Assembly (NCBI RefSeq): GCF_000737315.1
Contig: NZ_JMCB01000001.1
Coordinates: 806,001-870,000, forward strand
Direction of reading: 5' to 3'
DNA from: Hyalangium minutum
GTDB taxonomy: Bacteria; Myxococcota; Myxococcia; Myxococcales; Myxococcaceae
Length of the DNA: 64,000 nt
The translations under genes and the position numbers were made by a program. The first letter of the stretch is position 1. Each line of letters starts with the position of its first letter. The notes under the pieces were generated by a model. It saw nothing but the letters and a program-made list of their open reading frames with translations, was not told the origin of the DNA and made no database searches. Shown piece after piece: positions 33,700 to 42,202 of this stretch.

Positions 33700-35274
33700 A
33701 TGACCGCGCCGTCCCAGCAGCCGCGGCTGCTCATCTTCGTCATCGCCTACTACGCCGAGTCCACCCTGCGCTGGGTGCTCGAGCGCATCCCCGCCTCGAT
33801 CTTCGAGCAGTACGCGTGCGAGGTGCTGGTCGTCGACGACGCCTCCCAGGACCGGACCTTCGAGATCGGCCGCGAGTACCAGGAGAACCATCCGGACATC
33901 CGGATGACGGTGCTGCGCAACGAGCACAACCAGGGCTACGGCGGCAACCAGAAGGTCGGCTACTCCTACGCCATCGCGGAAGGGTTCGACTTCGTCGCCA
34001 TGGTGCACGGCGACGGGCAGTACGCCCCCGAGGAGCTGCCTCGGCTGATGGAGCCTCTGCACGCGCGCGAGGCGGACGCTGTCTTCGGCAGCCGGATGCT
34101 GAGCCGCTTCGGGGCGCTCAAGGGCGGCATGCCGCTCTACAAGTACGTGGGGAACAAGATCCTCACCACCGTGCAGAACGCGCTGCTGGGCACGCGCCTG
34201 TCCGAGTTCCACAGCGGCTACCGCATCTACTCGGTGGCGGCGCTGCGCCGCATCCCCTTCCAGCTCAACTCGAACGACTTCCACTTCGACACGGAGATCA
34301 TCCTCCAGCTGCTCAACGCCCAGGCGCGCATCCTGGAGCTGCCCATCCCCACCTACTACGGCACCGAGATCTCCCGGGTGAACGGGATGAAGTACGCCAA
34401 GGACGTGACGCTGGCCACGATGCGCAACGTCCTCCACCGCGCGGGTCTGCTCTACCAGCGCCGCTACGATCCGATCAGCCACGACAACCGGCACTACGAT
34501 CTCAAGCTGGGCTACGCGAGCAGCCACTCGTGGGCGCTGGACGCGGTGCCTCCGGGGGCCAAGGTGCTGGACATCGGCGCTGGGCCGGGAGGCATCGCCG
34601 CTCAGCTCGTGAGCAAGGGCTGCACCACCGCCGTGGTGGACCAGCACCCGCCCGAGAATCCCGATCCGCATATCCAGATCCACGTGCAGAACCTGGACGA
34701 GCCGCTGCGCTTCAACGTCCGCGACTACGATCACCTGCTCCTGCTGGACGTCATCGAGCACCTCAAGGATCCCGAGCAGTTCCTCGCCGAGCTGCGCCAG
34801 CAGTTCGACTACACGCCTCGGAAGCTGGTGCTGACCACGCCCAACATCGGCTTCATCGTCCAGCGGCTCATGCTGCTCGCGGGGCAGTTCAACTACGGCA
34901 AGGCCGGCATCCTGGACCGGACGCACACGCGCCTGTTCACCTTCCGCAGCCTGCGCCACCTGCTGCGCGACAACGGCTTCCGCATCAAGGAGATCCGCGG
35001 CGTCCCCGCACCGTTCCCCAAGGTGCTCGGCAACGGCGTGCTCGGCAAGGCGGCCCTTGGGGCGAACATGGCGCTGATCCGGCTGAGCAAGACGCTCTTC
35101 TCGTACCAGATCTACGTCGAGGCCGAGACCACGCCCGACGTGAGCTTCGTCCTCAAGGACTCGAAGGAGCGCAGCGCTCAGCGCACCCAGCGCCTGCGCG
35201 AGGCCCAGCAGCCCCGCGAGGCGCCTTCCTCCTCCAAGGCGAAGGCTCCCAAGAAGCCGCGCCGCCATGCGTGA
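33700..35274 (+). CDS. GT2 (polyprenyl-phosphate glycosyltransferase-like) fused to a class I SAM methyltransferase
   Basis: VVDDASQD, NQGYGG, HGDGQY, FGSR, EFHSGYR; then VLDIGAGPGG, LDVIEHL, TTPN, GILDRTHTRLFT. Confidence 0.88.
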   Translation: MTAPSQQPRLLIFVIAYYAESTLRWVLERIPASIFEQYACEVLVVDDASQDRTFEIGREYQENHPDIRMTVLRNEHNQGYGGNQKVGYSYAIAEGFDFVAMVHGDGQYAPEELPRLMEPLHAREADAVFGSRMLSRFGALKGGMPLYKYVGNKILTTVQNALLGTRLSEFHSGYRIYSVAALRRIPFQLNSNDFHFDTEIILQLLNAQARILELPIPTYYGTEISRVNGMKYAKDVTLATMRNVLHRAGLLYQRRYDPISHDNRHYDLKLGYASSHSWALDAVPPGAKVLDIGAGPGGIAAQLVSKGCTTAVVDQHPPENPDPHIQIHVQNLDEPLRFNVRDYDHLLLLDVIEHLKDPEQFLAELRQQFDYTPRKLVLTTPNIGFIVQRLMLLAGQFNYGKAGILDRTHTRLFTFRSLRHLLRDNGFRIKEIRGVPAPFPKVLGNGVLGKAALGANMALIRLSKTLFSYQIYVEAETTPDVSFVLKDSKERSAQRTQRLREAQQPREAPSSSKAKAPKKPRRHA

Positions 35275-36769
35275 GTCCGCGTGGAAAATGGGGGGCCCGC
35301 TGCATCCTCCCCGCTCCGCCGCCTGGACCTGGCTGAAGCTGCTGGCCGTACTGCTATCCCTCGCGATGCTGTTCTACCGGCTCGCGAACTTCGAGCTCGT
35401 CTCCTTCATCCTCGACGAGCCCTTCTTCCTCACGGCGGCACGCGGCCAGGTCCTCACCGGGCACTGGGTCTCCGCCTCGCCGATCCAAGGCACGCAGGGC
35501 ACCACCTACGGGCCCACCGTCCTGTGGTTCTACGGCGTCGTCCACTGGCTCTTCGGCTCCGCGCCCCAGACGAGCATCCTCGCGATGTGTCTCCTGGTGA
35601 CGCTCGCGCACCTCGCGGTCGCCGTGGCCCTGACCCGGTCGTTCCGGGAGGACGCCTGGTTCCTGGCAGCCATGCTGGCGTTCATCGCCGCCTCGCCCTA
35701 CCAGTTCTTCTGGTCGCGCTTGGCGTGGGACCAGATGGTCAACGTCTGCGCTTCCCTGACCGTGGCGCTGCTGTGCCTCCCGGGCTCGCTGGGATGGGTG
35801 CGGCGGGTGGCGCTCGGGCTGGTGGTCGGACTCGCCCTCTCCTCGCACTTGATGGTGCTGCCGCTGGTGGCGCTCACCTGCCTCGTCCTGGCCTTCGAGC
35901 AGCGCTGGCAGCCGAAGGGCGTGCTGGTCACGCTCGGGCCCGTGCTCGCCTGCGCCCTGCTGGTCAACGTGCCGTACCTGGGCTTCCTCCGCGAGCACCC
36001 GCCCCAGCCGCCGCCTGTCTCGGGCCCCTTCTCATGGGGCGTCCTGGGCGAGCACCTGCTCCAACCCGCCCGCGTCGCCTCCACGTGGGAGATCGGCTAC
36101 TTCTTCGATCAGGCGTGGCCCGACTTCCTGCAGTGGGTAGGCAACCCCGGGCGCTGGCTCCTGGAGCACGCCCAGTGGAGCGTGACCGCCCTCATGGTGT
36201 TGAGCGGCCTCGGCCTCCTCTTCACCCTGGGCGCGAGGCAGACCGAGCAGCGCCGGGTGGCGTGGCTCGCCGTCCTGAGCTGGCTCGGCTACGCGGCCTT
36301 CTACACCTACCGCCAATTGAACCGGGAGCCGCACTACCAGTTCCCCTCCTGGTGGCTGATCGCCGTGGGCGTGGCGGGTGCCCTGCATGTGCTGCGCGAT
36401 CGGATCCCACGTTGGGGCGCGGTGGCCACAGGGGCCGTGCTCCTCGTGGCGTGCGGACAGTTCGCCATGAACGTGGCCTGGATGCGCTACATCCGGGAGC
36501 GCGGAGGCACCCAGGGCATCCACTACTCCGTCCCGCTCTCCGCGCAGCAAACGGTGGTGCACCGCCTCTGCGAGGAGGCCCAGGGCCAGGTGTTCCTGGA
36601 GAACCGCACCGCCCTCTTCCCGCCCTCGCTCGGCTACGTGGCGCAGACCACCCCGGCCTGCCAGAACGTGCGCCTGGGCCTGTGCGCGGGCTGGGACTGC
36701 CCTCAGGGCGTCCCCGTGCGCAGGCTGCGCTACGCAGGGCCTGTGGGCGGGGCTGTCGTCCTCGAGTAA
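35267..36769 (+). CDS. Multi-TM GT-C-fold glycosyltransferase (ArnT/PMT-like)
   Basis: First-loop FILDEPFF, YGP, more than 10 TM segments, periplasmic C-terminal domain; 8-nt overlap with the GT2 gene. Confidence 0.6.
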   Translation: MRESAWKMGGPLHPPRSAAWTWLKLLAVLLSLAMLFYRLANFELVSFILDEPFFLTAARGQVLTGHWVSASPIQGTQGTTYGPTVLWFYGVVHWLFGSAPQTSILAMCLLVTLAHLAVAVALTRSFREDAWFLAAMLAFIAASPYQFFWSRLAWDQMVNVCASLTVALLCLPGSLGWVRRVALGLVVGLALSSHLMVLPLVALTCLVLAFEQRWQPKGVLVTLGPVLACALLVNVPYLGFLREHPPQPPPVSGPFSWGVLGEHLLQPARVASTWEIGYFFDQAWPDFLQWVGNPGRWLLEHAQWSVTALMVLSGLGLLFTLGARQTEQRRVAWLAVLSWLGYAAFYTYRQLNREPHYQFPSWWLIAVGVAGALHVLRDRIPRWGAVATGAVLLVACGQFAMNVAWMRYIRERGGTQGIHYSVPLSAQQTVVHRLCEEAQGQVFLENRTALFPPSLGYVAQTTPACQNVRLGLCAGWDCPQGVPVRRLRYAGPVGGAVVLE

Positions 36770-36782
36770 CGCGGGCAGCCGC

Positions 36783-38195
36783 TCAGTCCCGAGGCTTCGA
36801 GGCTGGCGGCTCCACGGGAACATGCGCCGCCGCCGCGATGCAGAGCGCACCCACCACGAAGTAGTAGTAGTTCGAGAAGGCCTGCTTGTTGAACGCGAAG
36901 AAGATGGCGTAAACGAACGCGACGCCCCCCGCGAAGCCCGCGGGCGTCCGAGGCGCCTTCCAGAGCACCAGCACCGTGGCCACGGCCACCGCCGCGAAGG
37001 CGATCCACACCGGCGGCTGCGGGTGCCCCTGCGTCACCCACCACGATAGATAGCTCAGCGCGTCCATCCGGAAGGGCTGGCGCAGCTGCAGCGTCACCGC
37101 GCTCCGAATGAACGCCGGCACGTTGATGACGATGAGCGGCAGGCTCACCGCCACCGCGGTCGCCCCCGCTCGCCAGATCAGCCCCCAGAGCTGCCGCCCT
37201 CGCAGAGGCGTTAGCAGCGGCAGCAGCGGCAGCATGAAGACGGTGTACTGCTTCACCGCCAGCAGCAGACCGAACACATAGGGGAGCGCACGGGGGAACC
37301 GGCACGCGCTGAACACCGTGGCCGCGAGCAGGAAGATGAGGAAGGGCTCGGTCCACGCCTGCTCCAGCACGAAGAGCCCTCGCGGTGTCAGCAGCAGCAG
37401 CGCCGCCGCCCCCGCCCCCAGCCGGCCTCCCCGGGCATACGCCATCAGCCCCGCCGCCAGGGTGATGGCCACGAGCTTGGCGAAGCGCGGATCCCCTCCC
37501 AGCACCTTGCCCAGCGTGGAGAAGTAGAGGCTCAGCGGGGGATAGGGAAAGCCGAACAGCAGCCGCCCATTCTCCACCAGCCCCTCTCCATAGAACCCGC
37601 CGTCTCCATAGATGTTGGGGAACGTCATGGCGTACGGGTTTTGTCCCTGGAGGAGGGCCTGCACGCCTTGCGTCTCGAAGACGAAGACGTCGATCCACGG
37701 CGACGGCGAGGTGCGCAGCAGCCACACGCCCAGGGAGAAGTGCACCGCCAGCAGCGCCAGCACCAGCCACCACCGCGCTCGCTCCGAGCCCGCCAGCAGC
37801 GCCCCCGCGATGAGCGCCTCCGCGGCCAGCCTCAGGTACATCGGCGCATAAGGCCATGGCCCCCCGAGCCGCAGGTACATGCCCGGGTGCTCCTGCACCA
37901 GCGCCTCCAGTTGGAGCAGCAGCGCGCCGCCCAGGAGCACCGCGAGCACCGCCTCTACCCGGGGCGTCCACCGCCCGAGCCGCGAGGCGGCAATGCCCCC
38001 CAGCGCCAGCGCGAGCGCCCGCGTGAGGCCTAGGATGGCGTCCTCCCGGAGGTTGCCGTTGGTAAGCTGCAGCGTCAGTCCCAGCACCGTGGCCGCGGCC
38101 AGACACCCGGCGGCCAGCCCCCACCCTTCGGTGAGCGGGGAGGCAACGAACCCCGCGTCAGCGCGAGGGGTGGCCGGGGCTTGCTCGGTGGACAC
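36783..38195 (-). CDS. Multi-TM GT87/DUF2029-like glycosyltransferase
   Basis: WIDVF...GQNPY, FPYPPL, AVKQY; GTG start behind AGGAG. Confidence 0.65.
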   Translation of the reverse strand: MSTEQAPATPRADAGFVASPLTEGWGLAAGCLAAATVLGLTLQLTNGNLREDAILGLTRALALALGGIAASRLGRWTPRVEAVLAVLLGGALLLQLEALVQEHPGMYLRLGGPWPYAPMYLRLAAEALIAGALLAGSERARWWLVLALLAVHFSLGVWLLRTSPSPWIDVFVFETQGVQALLQGQNPYAMTFPNIYGDGGFYGEGLVENGRLLFGFPYPPLSLYFSTLGKVLGGDPRFAKLVAITLAAGLMAYARGGRLGAGAAALLLLTPRGLFVLEQAWTEPFLIFLLAATVFSACRFPRALPYVFGLLLAVKQYTVFMLPLLPLLTPLRGRQLWGLIWRAGATAVAVSLPLIVINVPAFIRSAVTLQLRQPFRMDALSYLSWWVTQGHPQPPVWIAFAAVAVATVLVLWKAPRTPAGFAGGVAFVYAIFFAFNKQAFSNYYYFVVGALCIAAAAHVPVEPPASKPRD

Positions 38196-38401
38196 ATTCA
38201 CTCCTGGAGATTCTGGAGGCAGGGCGCGCCTTTGTAGCACCCTCGCCCGGCTGGCAGGCGCCCTCATGAAAGCCAGCAGAATCGCTCCCATCGGCCCAGG
38301 CGATGCAGAGTGTCCAGCCTGCTTGCTTTCCGGCCCCCGGGCCGCGAAATAGGCATTCCGCTGGGCTCGTTTTCCCAGGTTAGCCCTGACACCCCCGAGA
38401 T

Positions 38402-41400
38402 ATGCGCGCTCCGACTGCTCTGCCTCCTGACTCAAGCCCCACGCTGACCCTGGGCCTCCCCGGGTTCACCTTCGAGGACCTCTACCGTCCCCGCGGGCTG
38501 CGCCGGCTCGCAGAGCGCTTCGACGCCTGGCTCACCGAGCACGAGCCCGAGCTCTTCCAGGCCTTTGACGCGTACCGGAAGTCCGGCGGCACCCACCTCA
38601 CCGGCCCGGCCCAGTCGGACCTGCTCATCCGCGTCTCCCGGCACGTGTCCCGCTTCCTCGCCCGCCTCTTCAACATCGAGGGCGATCAGCAGGACCTGGC
38701 CCGCCGCCTCACGGGCGAGCTGCCCCTGTTCGACTTCAAGCGCGACTTCATCACCCGCCGCGTCTTCAAGAAGGGCGCCCCGGACCGGCCCACGCTCGCT
38801 GAGTTCCCCTCGCTGGACGCCCGGATGCGCTTGATGCTGCAGCTCGGCTTCCCGCAGGCCATGGCCTCCGGGGACCTGGAGCGCTGCCTGGCCGAGTCCA
38901 TCCTCACGCTGATGGACCTGGAGCGCCTCTTCTCCGGCGCCCTGCCCGCCGACAAGCAGGACACGGCTCCGGCCCTGCGCGAGCGCTGGACGGCCCTGCG
39001 CGCCGCCCTGCTCACCACGCCCGAGGGCAAGGAGGCCTTCGGCTCCAGCCTCGTCACCCAGGGCGATGACGCCGCGGAGCTGCAGTCCGTGCGTGCCCTG
39101 CTCTCGCTGGCGGATCGCTGGACATTCGCGCGCGCGCTCCACCCGGAGCAGAAGGAGCTGTTCCACACCTGGCCCACGCACCGGCTGCCCAAGCCGCTGG
39201 TGTTCGACCAGCTCGTGCAGCTGCACCGGCCAGACCCGAACCTGCCGGAGATCGCCGAGGGCCCCGAGGAGCACCTGCGCCACCGCGACGGCTTCAAGCT
39301 CACGGATCGCCGCGGCACGCCTCGCGACGCGATGAACGAGGTGGACTACTGCGTCATCTGCCACGAGCGCGAGAAGGACTCCTGCTCCAAGGGCTTCAAG
39401 GCGAAGGACCCGGTGGCCGAGGGCCACTCCTTCAAGAAGAACCCGCTGGGCATTCCGCTCACCGGCTGCCCGCTGGACGAGCGCATCTCCGAGATGCACC
39501 TGCTCAAGCGCGAGGGCAACTCGGTGGGCGCGCTGGCCATGGTGGTGCTGGACAACCCCATGTGCCCGGGCACCGGCCACCGCATCTGCAATGACTGCAT
39601 GAAGGCCTGCATCTTCCAGAAGCAGGAGCCGGTGAACATTCCGCTGGCGGAGACCTCGGTCCTCACGGACGTGTTGGACTTGCCCTGGGGCTTCGAGATC
39701 TACGGCCTGCTCACCCGGTGGAACCCTCTCAACGTCCGTCGGCCGTTCGCGCTGCCGTACCGGGGCCGCAACGTGCTCGTCGTGGGCCTGGGGCCTGCGG
39801 GCTACACGCTCGCGCACTACCTGCTCAACGAGGGCTTTGGCGTCACCGGCCTGGACGGCCTGAAGATCGAGTCCTTCGATGACGAGCTGCTGGGCCGCAA
39901 CGGCAAGCCGCTCAAGGCCATCCGCGACTGGAAGGCGCTCACCCGCGAGCTGGACGATCGCGTGCTCGAGGGGTTCGGCGGCGTGTCCGAGTACGGAATC
40001 ACCGTGCGCTGGGACAAGAACTTCCTCACGCTCATCCACCTGACGCTGGCGCGCCGGGAGAACCTGCGCATCTACGGCGGCGTGCGCTTCGGTGGCACCC
40101 TCACCATCGACGATGCCTGGAAGCTGGGCTTCGACCACATCGCCATCGCGGCGGGCGCGGGCCGCCCCACCATCATCGGGATGAAGAACAACCTCATCCG
40201 GGGCATCCGCAAGGCGAGCGACTTCCTGATGGCGCTGCAGCTCACTGGCGCCTTCAAGCGGGACTCGCTGGCGAACCTCCAGGTGCAACTGCCGGCCATC
40301 GTCATCGGCGGCGGCCTCACGGGCATCGACACGGCCACGGAGCTGATGGCCTATTACCCGGTGCAGGTGGAGCGCTCGCTGGAGCGCCACGAGCGGCTCG
40401 CGGCGGACATCGGCGAGGAAGCCGTCCTCGCGCGGCTGGATCCCGAGGAGCGCGTCACCTACCAGACCTTCCTGGAGCACGGCCGCGCGGTGCGCGCCGA
40501 GCGCGAGCAAGCCCGTGCCGAGGGCCGTCACCCGGACCTCATCAAGCTGGTGCGGAGCTGGGGCGGCGTGAGCCTGGTGTACCGCCGCAGCCTCACGGAG
40601 TCCCCCGCCTACCGCCTCAACCACGAGGAGGTGGTGAAGGCGCTGGAGGAGGGCATCCGCTTCATCGAGCGCATGAGCCCGGCGGAGGCGCTGCCGGACG
40701 CGTCCGGGGCGGTGCGTGGCATCCGCTTCGAGCGGATGGTGACAAAGGACGGCAAGCTCAAGGGCAGCGGCGAGTTCTTCGAGCTGCCCGCGCGCACCGT
40801 CTGCGTGGCGGCAGGCACCGCGCCCAACGTCACCTATGAGAAGGAGTACCCGGGCACCTTCAAGCTGGACTCGAACCAGGAGTACTTTCTGGGCCACGAG
40901 CTGGCGGAGGCGGGCGAGCGCTTCGAGCTCAAGCCGGTGGAGCAGGCCTCCGAGGATCTGCTGGCCAAGGTGGGCTTCTTCACCTCGTACCAGAAGGACG
41001 GACGCCTCATCTCCTTCTACGGAGACAACCACCCCACCTACGCGGGCAACGTGGTGAAGGCCATGGCCAGCGCGAAGGACGGGTACCCCGAGGTGACGCG
41101 CCTCTTCGCCCAGGAGCTGGCGGCGACGGACTTCCTGGACGAGCAGGCCCAGGGGCAGCGCGAGGAGAAGCTGGCCTCCCACTTCGCGAAGCTGGACGAG
41201 GCGTTCACCGCCACGGTGGTGGCCGTCAACCGCCTCACGCCCACCATCGTGGAGGTGGTGGTGAAGGCGCCGTTCGCGGCGAGCCACTTCGAGCCCGGCC
41301 AGTTCTACCGCCTGCAGAACTTCGAGCGGCTGGCCCCGGTGGTGGACGGCACGCGGCTGACCATGGAGGGTCTGGCCCTCACGGGCGCGTGGGTGGACAA

Positions 41401-42184
41401 GGAGAAGGGGCTGATGGGGACCATCGTGCTGGAGATGGGCTCCTCGTCGCGCCTGTGCGCCGCGCTGAAGCCCGGTGAGCCCGTGGTGCTCATGGGCCCC
41501 ACTGGGACGCCCACGGAGATTGGCCGCAACGAGACGGTGGTGCTCGTGGGCGGAGGCCTGGGCAACGCGGTGCTCTTCTCCATCGCGCGCTCGCTCAAGG
41601 CCGCGGGCTGCCGCGTCATCTACTTCGCGGGCTACCGGACGAAGGCGGACAGCTTCAAGCAGGACGAGATCGAGGCTGGCACGGATCAAATCGTCTGGTC
41701 CGTGGACGGGGGTGACCTCATCCAGCCGCGGCGCTCGCAGGACACGGCGTTCCGGGGCAACGTGGTCCAGGCGATGCTGGCGTACGCGGAGGGCTCGCTG
41801 GGAGTGCCTCCGGTCATCTCCCTGCACGAGGTGGACCGCATCATCGCCATCGGCTCGGACCGGATGATGCGGGCGGTGCAGCAGGCGCGTCACGGCGTGC
41901 TGCAGCCCTTCCTCAAGCCCGAGCACGAGGCCATCGGCTCCATCAACTCGCCGATGCAGTGCATGATGAAGGAGATCTGCGCCCAGTGCCTCCAGAAGCA
42001 CACGGACCCGGTGACGGGCAAGGAGACGTGGGTCTTCTCGTGCTTCAACCAGGACCAGAAGCTGGATCAGGTGGACTTCGTGAACCTGAACCAGCGCCTG
42101 CGCGGCAACACGGTGCTGGAGAAGATCTCCGACGTCTTCCTGGCGAGGCTGATGCTGAAGGTCCCGAATCTGAAGCGCGTCTGA
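38402..42184 (+). CDS. Large Fe-S flavoprotein: GltD/NfnB-like module fused to an FNR/PyrK/NfnA-like module
   Basis: YCVICH...DSC...GCP and MCPGTGHRICNDCMKAC Cys clusters, VVGLGPAG, VIGGGLTGIDTA, YRRS; C-terminal FEPGQFYRL, MGPTGTP, VGGGLG, SPMQCMMKEICAQC...FSC. Confidence 0.85.
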   Translation: MRAPTALPPDSSPTLTLGLPGFTFEDLYRPRGLRRLAERFDAWLTEHEPELFQAFDAYRKSGGTHLTGPAQSDLLIRVSRHVSRFLARLFNIEGDQQDLARRLTGELPLFDFKRDFITRRVFKKGAPDRPTLAEFPSLDARMRLMLQLGFPQAMASGDLERCLAESILTLMDLERLFSGALPADKQDTAPALRERWTALRAALLTTPEGKEAFGSSLVTQGDDAAELQSVRALLSLADRWTFARALHPEQKELFHTWPTHRLPKPLVFDQLVQLHRPDPNLPEIAEGPEEHLRHRDGFKLTDRRGTPRDAMNEVDYCVICHEREKDSCSKGFKAKDPVAEGHSFKKNPLGIPLTGCPLDERISEMHLLKREGNSVGALAMVVLDNPMCPGTGHRICNDCMKACIFQKQEPVNIPLAETSVLTDVLDLPWGFEIYGLLTRWNPLNVRRPFALPYRGRNVLVVGLGPAGYTLAHYLLNEGFGVTGLDGLKIESFDDELLGRNGKPLKAIRDWKALTRELDDRVLEGFGGVSEYGITVRWDKNFLTLIHLTLARRENLRIYGGVRFGGTLTIDDAWKLGFDHIAIAAGAGRPTIIGMKNNLIRGIRKASDFLMALQLTGAFKRDSLANLQVQLPAIVIGGGLTGIDTATELMAYYPVQVERSLERHERLAADIGEEAVLARLDPEERVTYQTFLEHGRAVRAEREQARAEGRHPDLIKLVRSWGGVSLVYRRSLTESPAYRLNHEEVVKALEEGIRFIERMSPAEALPDASGAVRGIRFERMVTKDGKLKGSGEFFELPARTVCVAAGTAPNVTYEKEYPGTFKLDSNQEYFLGHELAEAGERFELKPVEQASEDLLAKVGFFTSYQKDGRLISFYGDNHPTYAGNVVKAMASAKDGYPEVTRLFAQELAATDFLDEQAQGQREEKLASHFAKLDEAFTATVVAVNRLTPTIVEVVVKAPFAASHFEPGQFYRLQNFERLAPVVDGTRLTMEGLALTGAWVDKEKGLMGTIVLEMGSSSRLCAALKPGEPVVLMGPTGTPTEIGRNETVVLVGGGLGNAVLFSIARSLKAAGCRVIYFAGYRTKADSFKQDEIEAGTDQIVWSVDGGDLIQPRRSQDTAFRGNVVQAMLAYAEGSLGVPPVISLHEVDRIIAIGSDRMMRAVQQARHGVLQPFLKPEHEAIGSINSPMQCMMKEICAQCLQKHTDPVTGKETWVFSCFNQDQKLDQVDFVNLNQRLRGNTVLEKISDVFLARLMLKVPNLKRV

Positions 42185-42202
42185 TAGATAGAGGAGGCCC
42201 AG

